From UHGV virus genome UHGV-0068847: DNA of 27,295 nucleotides. The stretch is one strand, 5' to 3'. This document shows positions 1 through 8,150 of this stretch, in pieces. The stretch's first letter is position 1, and each line of letters opens with the position of its first letter. The position numbers and the translations under genes are program-made. Under the pieces are notes generated by a model that was given only the letters and a program-made list of their open reading frames with translations, did not search any database and was not told the origin of the DNA. Source of the DNA: a virus.

Positions 1-1149
1 TTACCCCGTTTTTACCCCAACAACGACCCAGTCTTTCCCTCGATCGTCGTTATACTTATCCGTCATTTTTCTGGACTTGTGCCCCAGCAGTTTCTGAGTA
101 TCCAGACCCTGTTCACGATACAGTCGCTCCGATAAAGAACGCTGTTCATGGAAAGTTGGGGGCGTACCGTTTTTCCACTCTAGGCCGCTTTTGTCTCTGG
201 CTTTTTTAAAAGTGGATGTCAGGCAGCTGCTCGACACTCGATCACCTCTATTGGCCTGGGATGTGGTGTGCCTGAAATGGACAAGATATTTACTGACAAC
301 CGCATCCCGACATTTTGAAATAACATCCCTGAGAGTGAGGCCCAGCACCTCGCATCTAAGATCTAACGGAATAGCCAGACGAGAACCTGTTTTTTCCTGC
401 TCGATATGGAGCATGTCATCCCATACATCGGTGAATTTCATATTGCATATATCACCAAGACGCTGACCAGTGATTAGGGCTAATAACATGCCACACTGAA
501 GATAAGGCTGCTGCTGTTCCGCCGTCTTATAAATAACACTCCATTCATCAAAGGAAAGACGCTGCCTTGTTATTCTATTTCTCGGTTGCTTAGTGGCTTG
601 CGCCGGATTGTATCCGGGGGCAACGTGTCCGGCATGTTGCGCCTCTTTAAAAACATCGATGAGCACCATTCTAACTACCTGAGCCATGCGATTGTGGCCT
701 TCGGCTTTAATGGCATCAGTTATTTCTGCAATATCGAGAGCTGAAATATCCTTTAGATGCTGCAGGCCGCAGTGTTCTCTGAATAAACGGACAGGCTTAC
801 CTTTTTGAAGAAAGGAGTTTGGTTTAAGCTCGTTATTTTTAAGCCTTTCCTCCTGAATGCCTATGTATTTATCGAGCCACTCAGTAACCGTAATATCAGT
901 GCGCCTGCCTTTCATCCGTGCCAGGCGATCATTCACGCTCAAGATCTGCCTAGTTCGCTGTTCAGCTATGATTATGTTAGCTTCTGTGGCGACTTGTTTA
1001 GCCTCGGATTCATCGGTTCCAAGGCTGTGAAAACGACCTGAAATAGGATGTTTATATTGCCAATATACCTTACCGGTGCGCTTATCCAATTTGCAGTACA
1101 GGTTAGGGATTGGTATTTTGTGAGTGCGTGGTCTAGCAGCCATCAGCAA
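1..1149 (-). CDS. int: Tyrosine recombinase / phage integrase
   Basis: 382-aa ORF with typical lambda-family integrase layout; stop codon is at 1..3; overlaps the upstream xis-like ORF by 17 nt as in lambda xis-int. Confidence 0.85.
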   Translation of the reverse strand: MLMAARPRTHKIPIPNLYCKLDKRTGKVYWQYKHPISGRFHSLGTDESEAKQVATEANIIIAEQRTRQILSVNDRLARMKGRRTDITVTEWLDKYIGIQEERLKNNELKPNSFLQKGKPVRLFREHCGLQHLKDISALDIAEITDAIKAEGHNRMAQVVRMVLIDVFKEAQHAGHVAPGYNPAQATKQPRNRITRQRLSFDEWSVIYKTAEQQQPYLQCGMLLALITGQRLGDICNMKFTDVWDDMLHIEQEKTGSRLAIPLDLRCEVLGLTLRDVISKCRDAVVSKYLVHFRHTTSQANRGDRVSSSCLTSTFKKARDKSGLEWKNGTPPTFHEQRSLSERLYREQGLDTQKLLGHKSRKMTDKYNDDRGKDWVVVGVKTG

Positions 1150-1369
1150 TTATCCGTTGTAATCTTGGGCTGGCCGAAGTCGGAATTTTCGGTTCTGCAA
1201 GCATTCCTACAAATCGGGCATTACGATCAACCATCCAGCAGCGACCAACCTTAATTGCTGGAGGAGCCATCATTTTTCCCTTTGCATATTTTTTCAATAT
1301 GCGTTCACTTGGTGCTTGCTCTCCAAATTCCTCTTTTGCCCAGTCAAGTAAAGGGATCATTCGCGACAT
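1133..1369 (-). CDS. xis: Excisionase-like protein (Xis-type fold)
   Basis: ORF track 1133..1396; internal ATG at 1369 is preceded by GGAG; product MSRMIPLLDWAKEEF...PPAIKVGRCWMVD resembles the lambda Xis pattern; position immediately upstream of and overlapping int. Confidence 0.65.
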   Translation of the reverse strand: MSRMIPLLDWAKEEFGEQAPSERILKKYAKGKMMAPPAIKVGRCWMVDRNARFVGMLAEPKIPTSASPRLQRIIADGC

Positions 1370-1410
1370 TATTTTCTCCATACAACCCGGCTGCACCCGG
1401 GCTTACAAAA

Positions 1411-1713
1411 TTATAATTTACTGCTGGTTGGCATAAGTGGGACAGCATAGAGCGGACCAGGCGCAACATCGTGATGACGCCATCGGATATCGCAGGTTCT
1501 TTCCTCGTTCGGCGATGACCATGCCACGACGTCAGCCACAGGCTCAGCATCAAACGCCGCAATAGCCCCATCAATCACCTTCACAGCATCAGCCATTGCG
1601 TAGCCGAGATTACCGCCGTCGCTTTGTGCTACTGCTTTGCTGAGTATTTCGTGTATCTGGTGCAGGCGATCGAGTGATACAGGACCGTGCGCCGGGTGGT
1701 TGTTAGTTGTCAT
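1411..1713 (-). CDS. Hypothetical phage protein (100 aa)
   Basis: ORF with AAGGA-type RBS upstream of ATG at 1713; 3-nt gap to the upstream gene, same strand operon. Confidence 0.5.
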   Translation of the reverse strand: MTTNNHPAHGPVSLDRLHQIHEILSKAVAQSDGGNLGYAMADAVKVIDGAIAAFDAEPVADVVAWSSPNEERTCDIRWRHHDVAPGPLYAVPLMPTSSKL

Positions 1714-1716
1714 GGG

Positions 1717-2193
1717 TTAGTCCTTCACAAAGATAATCCAGTGGGTTTTGTCGTTCTTCCCGGTACGCTGACCAATTGCAGGTTTCACATCTGTAAGAGC
1801 CAGAATCTGGCTAACTGGGATTTGTGTTTCGTTCCATTTGAAAATAAGCACGCCGCGTGGCCACAGCACCCGAAACGCTTCTTTGAAACCGGCGCGCAAA
1901 TCAGAACGCCACGTTTTTTTGTTCAATCGCCCGTACTTTTTACCCATCCAGGCAGACTGGCCCACGCGTTCCAGGTGCGGCGGGTCAAACACCACAACCG
2001 GAAAAGAAGAATCAGCGAACGGCAATGAACGAAAGTCGGCAATCAGGTCTGGACTGATAACCAGGCGGCGACCGTCGCACAGTTCGTGCTCTTCGGCGCG
2101 GATATCAGTGAACACGGCGCGGGTGTCCTGCTTGTTGAACCAGAACATGCGGGAGCCACAACACACATCCAAAATTATTTGCTCTGCCATCAT
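1717..2193 (-). CDS. Small DNA methyltransferase (N6-adenine or N4-cytosine type, DPPH motif)
   Basis: Translation contains DVCCGS (motif I-like) and VVFDPPH (motif IV DPP[YH]); start ATG at 2193 overlaps the upstream stop (ATGA) and follows GAAGGGGGA; ORF track extends to 2238. Confidence 0.6.
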   Translation of the reverse strand: MMAEQIILDVCCGSRMFWFNKQDTRAVFTDIRAEEHELCDGRRLVISPDLIADFRSLPFADSSFPVVVFDPPHLERVGQSAWMGKKYGRLNKKTWRSDLRAGFKEAFRVLWPRGVLIFKWNETQIPVSQILALTDVKPAIGQRTGKNDKTHWIIFVKD

Positions 2194-2660
2194 TCCCCCT
2201 TCACGCCAATGCCAGCGGCGCGGATTGCGTCGGCACATTCTTCCAGTGCAAAGTTATATTTATCAGAAACTAGCCCGTAACCTTTCGGGTACGGCGTCGG
2301 CAGCGTCACGGTCCGCGCCACCAGTTCTGCTATGCGCTTCTCTGCAATTTCCAGCTCATCCAGCAGCGCCAGCACAGTGGCAGGGTTAGCGGCGGCGATG
2401 AATTCTGCGTTGCGTTTGGCTGTCTCATCCCAAGCCATGTGGTAATCGTGATCCAACTCTTCGTGAATGCACGCTGCTGTGGAATTGGTCATGTCGAGCA
2501 ATGACTCGCTACCGACGTAAACCGCGTATGAGTGGTATCCAGACGCTCTGTCTTCACCCTCGCCGTATTCACCGTCAGTTTCGACAACATCGGACCACCA
2601 TTCGCCCTGGGTGGCTTTCTCTGCTGTTTGGCGCAGCGCCTGTTTGTTGAGTGCTGTCAT
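2190..2660 (-). CDS. Ead/Ea22-like early protein
   Basis: 156-aa acidic protein with NPATVLALLDELE-type C-terminal region recalled from Ea22-like proteins of lambdoid phages; ATGA-coupled to neighbours. Confidence 0.5.
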   Translation of the reverse strand: MTALNKQALRQTAEKATQGEWWSDVVETDGEYGEGEDRASGYHSYAVYVGSESLLDMTNSTAACIHEELDHDYHMAWDETAKRNAEFIAAANPATVLALLDELEIAEKRIAELVARTVTLPTPYPKGYGLVSDKYNFALEECADAIRAAGIGVKGE

Positions 2661-3733
2661 TGGGCTGCCTCCATTGCGAATGTCCCTGCTGTGATAGCCA
2701 TTGCAAGCCTTTGTGCTGCAGCTTTCTGTGCCGGAACGCTGGCAATTACCGTGGCTCTTTCTTTGCTGGCATCAGCACAAACACCATCCCATGAAGAGAT
2801 AAGGAAGAAGTCTTCCAGCTCGGTCATTGTGGCTTTTGTTACCAGTTCTTCGATCATCTGCACGATGATATGCGCAGGGCGACGCCTCAGTAGTTCCTGG
2901 ACTGCATAGCCAAACGCATTGATCATCACCGCATGGAATTGGATGTAATCTCGCTTGTATTCAGCTGGTGATACACCGTGTCGGATACCATCAATAGCCG
3001 TCAGCTTCAGCCACGCTTCCCAAAGGTCATAAATATCGCCAGTAGACAGCGCATCGTCCCCGTTACCCGCGAATTTAGCAGTTGCATCACCAACGGCCTT
3101 AAAACTAATCCAGAGGTCACTTTTTGCCGGAACCACGCTGTGTTCAAAATCGGTGATCTCGGAGAACACTGAGTGAGTGGAGAGGAATGACACCATTGTC
3201 TGGGCAACCTGATCCCTGCCGTTATAAGCCATATTTATTGCTGCAGAAGGCTTAGATACGTTGTTATTGATATCAGAGAAAAATTGCTGGCGTGTCTTCA
3301 GTGGTAGTTGCAGAGTCATCATCAAAGGTACAAACAGGGGTGTATCGTATTCTCTGCAGAACATGGTTATACCTGCACCACGATGTTGCCCATCAAAAAG
3401 TTTAATTTCTGCGTCCATTGGGAACCGAACAACGCCTACGTTTGTATTGCCGAACTCTTCAAACTCCACATGTGAAGCACAGTTACCAACCAGTGGTGGG
3501 ATGATGAAAGGCTCCTTATTTTCAGCAGCTGCCACTAGGTATTCGTAAAAATTTTTTACGCGTGATTTATTGAGTTCACGCTGAGAACGCTCAAGCGTGT
3601 GTCCGTAATTATCAGATGCCAGTACGCGGGATAGGGTTCGTCCTGGAACGTTCATCAAAAGAATAAGCGTATCCCCCTGCAAGCCGCGAGAGGCAGGGAA
3701 CTCGAAGTAATACTCCATACTCGATTTGCTCAT
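2657..3733 (-). CDS. DGQHR-domain protein (DndB-like)
   Basis: 358-aa ORF containing the literal motif LFDGQHRGAGI; no DndA/C/D/E-like partners anywhere in the window; start overlaps the upstream stop. Confidence 0.65.
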   Translation of the reverse strand: MSKSSMEYYFEFPASRGLQGDTLILLMNVPGRTLSRVLASDNYGHTLERSQRELNKSRVKNFYEYLVAAAENKEPFIIPPLVGNCASHVEFEEFGNTNVGVVRFPMDAEIKLFDGQHRGAGITMFCREYDTPLFVPLMMTLQLPLKTRQQFFSDINNNVSKPSAAINMAYNGRDQVAQTMVSFLSTHSVFSEITDFEHSVVPAKSDLWISFKAVGDATAKFAGNGDDALSTGDIYDLWEAWLKLTAIDGIRHGVSPAEYKRDYIQFHAVMINAFGYAVQELLRRRPAHIIVQMIEELVTKATMTELEDFFLISSWDGVCADASKERATVIASVPAQKAAAQRLAMAITAGTFAMEAAQ

Positions 3734-3984
3734 AGCGCGCTTCCCTGTCTGGCTCTATTCAATAGCTGGTTAAACATCATGGTTAGGCTGTTACTACACC
3801 CAAACGGCATATCGTTAACACGGTATGTTGGAATGCCCTTGCGAACACCAGACTTCACGATCCGGCCTGTGCCATAGAGTTGCGATAATGCTCCGGCGAC
3901 CGCTGGCGTAGTTTTGTTCATACCTTTGGCGATTTCACCGCTGGTGGTATTCGGATGAGCCTGGAGATATTCAAATACGGTCAT
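3730..3984 (-). CDS. Small winged-helix-like DNA-binding protein (84 aa)
   Basis: Short ORF with HTH-like segment TSGEIAKGMNKTTPAVAGALSQLYGTGRIV; ATGA-coupled on both sides. Confidence 0.45.
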   Translation of the reverse strand: MTVFEYLQAHPNTTSGEIAKGMNKTTPAVAGALSQLYGTGRIVKSGVRKGIPTYRVNDMPFGCSNSLTMMFNQLLNRARQGSAL

Positions 3985-4148
3985 GGCGTTTTACCTTTAC
4001 GTTCCTGTTCCAGTTGCACCAGAGACTCTTTTAATGCTGCGAACGTAGTGTCCAGTCTGGTGGCGACTTCGCGCATAAGCGGTGCATGCTTTGGTGGCAA
4101 TTCAGCAACGGAGGCAAAAGCCTCCGCTACGAGTTCTTTTACCTTCAT
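3981..4148 (-). CDS. Small hypothetical protein (55 aa), translationally coupled
   Basis: Not in ORF track (below 60 aa); hand-translated MKVKELVAEAFASVAELPPKHAPLMREVATRLDTTFAALKESLVQLEQERKGKTP; start ATG overlaps the stop of 4145..4711 and its stop overlaps the start of 3730..3984. Confidence 0.35.
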   Translation of the reverse strand: MKVKELVAEAFASVAELPPKHAPLMREVATRLDTTFAALKESLVQLEQERKGKTP

Positions 4149-4684
4149 GCGGCACATTGGCGCTGCTCCATCAACTCATTAAAGCGATTTATGAACATGC
4201 CGTATGACTGGCCTGGACGAACTGGGTTGATGATGAATAGGTCCGTCGGGACAACGCCATTGAGGCATGGCCACACGGAACCTTCGTCAATTTCAAAATC
4301 GCGGCGTTCGCTGGCGAGCATCACCAGATCGGCATATTTCACGGTTGGGTGTTGCTCCATAGGAAGGCCAAATTTCTGGCGAATAGCAGCGTCTACGCGA
4401 GCTTCGATCACCTGGTAATCCGGTAACAGGCGCTTAAGCGGTGAGGGGATATCCTGCAGGTATGCTTCGGCGGCATCATGAAGCAGTGCTTCTAATGCAA
4501 ACTCCTGCGGAACGAGATGGCTGGTTAAAACGCTATGCTGGCCGACGCTGTAAAACTCAGGAAGATGCCCAGCAAAGCGGCAGATATGAGACAACGCGGT
4601 AGCGATATCTTCGATCACGATATCGTCCTGTTGGATATCGAGGTAATTAAAATGTTTGCCGGATAATGTCTGAATGTAGCTCAT
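4145..4684 (-). CDS. HD-domain phosphohydrolase, YfdR-like (CPS-53 prophage type)
   Basis: Motifs ALSHICRFAGH and ALLHDAAEAY (H...HD) in translation; ATG at 4684 preceded by GGAG; ORF track start at 4711 is a GTG. Confidence 0.6.
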   Translation of the reverse strand: MSYIQTLSGKHFNYLDIQQDDIVIEDIATALSHICRFAGHLPEFYSVGQHSVLTSHLVPQEFALEALLHDAAEAYLQDIPSPLKRLLPDYQVIEARVDAAIRQKFGLPMEQHPTVKYADLVMLASERRDFEIDEGSVWPCLNGVVPTDLFIINPVRPGQSYGMFINRFNELMEQRQCAA

Positions 4685-4777
4685 GGTTTTCTCCATATTG
4701 GCGCGCTGCACCGCGCAGATTTTGGTTGCACGAATCCCTCGCCGGTTGGCGATAATTAATGGAATTACGCTTCAATA

Positions 4778-4801
4778 AATCCCCGCGGCGCCGGGGATTT
4801 A
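4778..4801 (-). terminator. Hairpin just downstream of the YfdQ-like gene (possible attenuator or weak terminator)
   Basis: AAATCCCCG-cggcgc-CGGGGATTT inverted repeat about 12 nt past the stop at 4813; the U-tract on the minus strand is weak. Confidence 0.3.
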
Positions 4802-4812
4802 ATGCAGAGCAA

Positions 4813-5640
4813 TTAGGCTTTAAAGTTACCGATGAAAGTTTCCACTGATTCACCGTCGAACTTGCTGATCAGCAAATCGCGGAATTCGTTGGCGATCTCT
4901 TCTTCCTGGGCTTCAAGTTGGATGATGCGCAGAACAAAGCAGGGTTCATCGCTGGTCAGCAGGCTGTTACGCAAGCTAAAGCGGCGTTCGCCCAGACCTT
5001 CATACGGCACACATTTGAACTCGAATGCCACAGGCATTACGTCTTTGCTGCTTGCTTCAACGCTTTGCATCAGGGATTTTTTACCAGCGAAATCACTAGT
5101 TTCATGGTCCTGCTGGGTTGCTTGTTGAATGGTGATACGACGCACTGCCTGAGCCGCCTGGGAAATCTGCATCGTATTACCATCGGCATCAAACGCCAGC
5201 AGGTAATCACTCCAGTCTTCCAGCCATTCAGCAATTTGCTTTTGCTTCAGACGTTGACCATCGATCTGCAGTAACGCGCGGAACGGGGCGGTTTTCTTCA
5301 GGGTGATTGAAGCAACGTTATCGGCGTGACCGGGATTATCCAGGGTGCCGATGTTGAACACTGAACGGGCGGTCATATTGTCAGCGTCAATGAAGCAACG
5401 AGCTGGCTCACTGTCGCTGGCGTAACCTTTAGAATAACGTGCGAAGTCGTCAATACTGGTTGTGGTCATTGCGCCACGAAAGCGGAAACGCTCCAGAGAA
5501 AAGCGCTCAAGGCTTTCAACGCCAGTACCATCTGGCAGCAATGCGGTCGGGCAAGCCAGGCCATGAATATCATTCAGGTGATAACCTGAAAGAACCAGGT
5601 CTTTGACCTGCTTGAAGGTACCGCTGTCTAACTGAGACAT
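4813..5640 (-). CDS. DUF2303-type protein, YfdQ-like
   Basis: 275-aa ORF with AAGGA RBS; length and position next to the HD-domain gene match the yfdP-yfdQ-yfdR arrangement recalled from E. coli CPS-53; similarity not verified by search. Confidence 0.5.
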   Translation of the reverse strand: MSQLDSGTFKQVKDLVLSGYHLNDIHGLACPTALLPDGTGVESLERFSLERFRFRGAMTTTSIDDFARYSKGYASDSEPARCFIDADNMTARSVFNIGTLDNPGHADNVASITLKKTAPFRALLQIDGQRLKQKQIAEWLEDWSDYLLAFDADGNTMQISQAAQAVRRITIQQATQQDHETSDFAGKKSLMQSVEASSKDVMPVAFEFKCVPYEGLGERRFSLRNSLLTSDEPCFVLRIIQLEAQEEEIANEFRDLLISKFDGESVETFIGNFKA

Positions 5641-5696
5641 AAAAATTCCTTATTAACTGATGATCAAAGTGGTATCAGTGAGTTTGTTGTTGCGGA

Positions 5697-6068
5697 TCAC
5701 TGTGCCGCTTTAAGCTTTCCATCCACCGCGCCAGTGATCCCGAACAGCTGACCCTGATCTTCCTGCAGGATGGTTAGCTTCCCGCCTTTGTTGACCCACA
5801 TCGGGGTTTCGGTTGTGTCCTCTTCGGAGGCTTTACCACGCGGTGTCGGGGTGCTGTAGTTCAGCTTGTGCTTGATCTTCACGCGCTTCTCTTCAACGGA
5901 ATTACCCATACGCTCAAAATCAAATGTGAGGACTACTTTGCCTTTGTTGCCGTTGTTCAGAACGCCAAGCGCGGTAGTATTAAGTGCTGCCGCGATTTTG
6001 TTCATGAACACGCCGGCATCCAGTTCGCCAAGAAAATCTGGCACTACGGTCATGCGGTCATTACTCAT
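5697..6068 (-). CDS. Hypothetical early protein, possibly YfdP-like (123 aa)
   Basis: First gene of the leftward operon; GAGGG RBS before ATG at 6068. Confidence 0.45.
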   Translation of the reverse strand: MSNDRMTVVPDFLGELDAGVFMNKIAAALNTTALGVLNNGNKGKVVLTFDFERMGNSVEEKRVKIKHKLNYSTPTPRGKASEEDTTETPMWVNKGGKLTILQEDQGQLFGITGAVDGKLKAAQ

Positions 6069-6341
6069 GGTTTTACCCTCGTTAAGGCGGCTGCAACCGC
6101 CGAACTTTCTCCATACACAACAGAGAAGGGCACCTGCATTGGTCGGCGGCTTGCAGAGACCGCTTTCTTTTTGCCCGGGTGGATTGGGTTATGAGCCCGT
6201 CGCCCGGTGATGCCCTTTTCTGTTGTGCCTTGAAAAAGGCTGGCGGTTACCGGACAAGTGGGAAAACACCGGGCCGCCAGAATAGTGGTACAAGGCATTT
6301 GTTATCCTCACCAAACGTACCAATGATTACGTTTGATGATT

Positions 6342-6400
6342 TAAATGTACCTTTAGTTACCTTTGCGGTCAAGCGAGTAATGTACTTTATGTTACCTTTG
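6342..6400. promoter_or_regulatory. Putative left operator region (two 21-bp repeats)
   Basis: ATGTACCTTTAGTTACCTTTG (~6345-6365) and ATGTACTTTATGTTACCTTTG (~6380-6400); same motif recurs at OR. Confidence 0.5.
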
Positions 6401-6407
6401 GGAATGT

Positions 6408-6441
6408 AAAAAAGCCGAGGCTATGCTCGGCTCTTAATTTT
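6408..6441 (-). terminator. Rho-independent terminator downstream of the repressor gene
   Basis: GCCGAG-gctatg-CTCGGC hairpin (6414-6431) with a TTTTTT run on the minus strand and TCTTAATTTT on the plus strand; possibly bidirectional. Confidence 0.55.
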
Positions 6442-6448
6442 GAAGGGA

Positions 6449-7108
6449 TTAAATGTTTTGAGTGATTTGTACAACTTTTCCGACAATGCGACAGTTACCA
6501 TCAATTTGGATTGGCTTAAATAACGGATTCAGTGGCATTAGGTATGAGTAGGGGCTATCCCAAACTAATTTTTTAACCGTTGCTTCTGATGTCCCATCCA
6601 ATATAGCAACGACTATTTTCCCATATAGATCATCAAGCTGCCCATAATGGGGCTCGACTATAACAATAGAACCTTCTGGTATAGATGGAAGTCCTTGCGG
6701 GTTAGTCATCGACTCACCGCGGACTACTAACCCAAACGCTTCATCCGATACATTTGCAGTTGTTTGAGTCCAGGAAATCACGTCTGTAAGTCTTGAGCAG
6801 GCATAGCTATCCGTCCATAAACCGGCTTGAACTGCCGATATGATCGGTACAGCTACAGGGGGTTTCAAAAAAGGCACGACGCGCGTGTCGTCAATGGCCT
6901 CATCACCGCTTCCATAGAGTATCCACTCTGGTGTTGTTGATAGAGCCTGAGCCAACTGGTGAAGGTTCTCACCATCAGGCTTTGTCGTGCCGTTTTCCCA
7001 TTTTGTAACCGATACACGGCTTACACCAAGCTTTTTAGCCAGTGCTAATTGGGTTATATCCAGCTGGATTCGTCTGGATCTGATGCGGTCTTTCATCTCT
7101 GTTTTCAT
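6449..7108 (-). CDS. cI: CI-like repressor (HTH plus S24/LexA-type peptidase domain)
   Basis: N-terminal HTH (ITQLALAKKLGVSRVSVTKWENG), C-terminal GESM serine motif and downstream Lys; divergent from the cro-like gene across the operator region. Confidence 0.85.
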   Translation of the reverse strand: MKTEMKDRIRSRRIQLDITQLALAKKLGVSRVSVTKWENGTTKPDGENLHQLAQALSTTPEWILYGSGDEAIDDTRVVPFLKPPVAVPIISAVQAGLWTDSYACSRLTDVISWTQTTANVSDEAFGLVVRGESMTNPQGLPSIPEGSIVIVEPHYGQLDDLYGKIVVAILDGTSEATVKKLVWDSPYSYLMPLNPLFKPIQIDGNCRIVGKVVQITQNI

Positions 7109-7116
7109 GTAACCAA

Positions 7117-7176
7117 TGTTACACCCTTTGCTTGTAACTGTTGTTTGCTATTTAATGTACCTTTTGTTACCTTTGG
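7117..7176. promoter_or_regulatory. Putative right operator / divergent promoter region
   Basis: Palindrome GTTACAccctttgctTGTAAC (~7117-7138) and the repeat ATGTACCTTTTGTTACCTTTG (~7155-7175) between cI and cro. Confidence 0.5.
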
Positions 7177-7200
7177 TTCATTCATCACACCGGAGGAACT

Positions 7201-7404
7201 ATGTATAAGTCCGAAGTCGTAAAGCATTTTGGCGGTATCTCTAAAACCGCTGTTGCTTTGAATATCTCACACCCTGCCGTATGTCGTTGGGGAAAGGTCA
7301 TCCCTGAGAAGCAAGCCTTCGTAATAGAGAGAATTACTAATGGGAAACTTAAGTATGACGCATCCCTATATCACAAGGTTACAGGCGTATCTGCTAACCA
7401 GTAA
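7201..7404 (+). CDS. cro: Cro/YdaS-like HTH regulator
   Basis: 67-aa ORF with GGAGG RBS, directly right of the operators and divergent from cI; HTH-like segment ISKTAVALNISHPAVCRWGK. Confidence 0.7.
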   Translation: MYKSEVVKHFGGISKTAVALNISHPAVCRWGKVIPEKQAFVIERITNGKLKYDASLYHKVTGVSANQ

Positions 7405-7426
7405 CCACAGGAAAAAGGAGTAAGCC

Positions 7427-7978
7427 GTGGGTAACGAACCTATTTGGAAAGTCGAACGTCAGCCAGCCTGGCTGGTAGCGGCGATAAAAAAAACGATCAC
7501 CGATCTACCTGGTGGTTATGCCGAGGCGGCGGAATGGTTGGGCGTGACAGAGAACGCATTGTTTAACCGCCTTCGTGTTGACGGCGACCAGATCTTCCCA
7601 CTGGGCTGGGCAATGGTTTTACAACGTGCTGGTGGTTCAACTCATATCGCTGATGCCGTTGCGCGCCATTCTCAGGGCGTATTTGTACCACTGGCAGATG
7701 TTGATGATCTGGATAACGCCGATATAAATCAGCGCCTGATGGAGTCCATCGAATGGATAGGCCGTCATTCGAATTTTGTACGTAAAGCCACGGCTGATGG
7801 GGTAATTGACGCAGATGAGCGTGGTCAGATTGAGGAAAACAGCTATCAGGTTATCGCTAAGTTCCAGGAGCACGTAACGCTTCTGTATCGAGTTTTTTGT
7901 GTCGCTGAAAAGAGTGACGCCCGCGAGTGTGCAGCTCCGGGCGCCTTGGCGAACAACTCTTCGAGTATGGAGAAATAA
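7427..7978 (+). CDS. CII-like / YdaT-like early regulatory protein
   Basis: 183-aa ORF with GTG start preceded by AAGGAG; occupies the cII position after cro; family assignment is tentative. Confidence 0.45.
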   Translation: MGNEPIWKVERQPAWLVAAIKKTITDLPGGYAEAAEWLGVTENALFNRLRVDGDQIFPLGWAMVLQRAGGSTHIADAVARHSQGVFVPLADVDDLDNADINQRLMESIEWIGRHSNFVRKATADGVIDADERGQIEENSYQVIAKFQEHVTLLYRVFCVAEKSDARECAAPGALANNSSSMEK

Positions 7979-8150
7979 TCCGCATGAGCAGTTTAACGGC
8001 TTTTGACCGTCTACCGCAACTCAGGATGATCCCGGTTTCGGGTACTCCGTTGTTTCGGTATGAACGCAGATTATCAAACCGCTGGGTTCCGTGTAACCAC
8101 AGTAGGGCGGTTTCAATTGTGGGGGTCTACAACCGGAGGGCAAAACGCCT

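Noticed and set aside
191-1041. Plus-strand ORFs 191..466 and 805..1041 inside the integrase gene
   Set aside because: Antisense to a well-supported integrase, no RBS, biased composition typical of wrong-strand translation.
1838-2909. Plus-strand ORFs 1838..2389, 2086..2280 and 2532..2909 over the methyltransferase / Ea22-like / DGQHR genes
   Set aside because: Ser/Arg/Ala-rich antisense frames overlapping translationally coupled minus-strand genes.
6065-6298. Minus-strand ORF 6065..6298 (77 aa) considered as an N-like antiterminator
   Set aside because: Pro/Thr/Ala-rich, no N-terminal arginine-rich motif, no RBS, and it overlaps the hairpins and start of the downstream gene.
7927-7983. Upstream extension of ORF 7927..8310
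   Set aside because: The extension lies inside the cII-like gene in another frame; if real, the gene would begin at the ATG at 7984.
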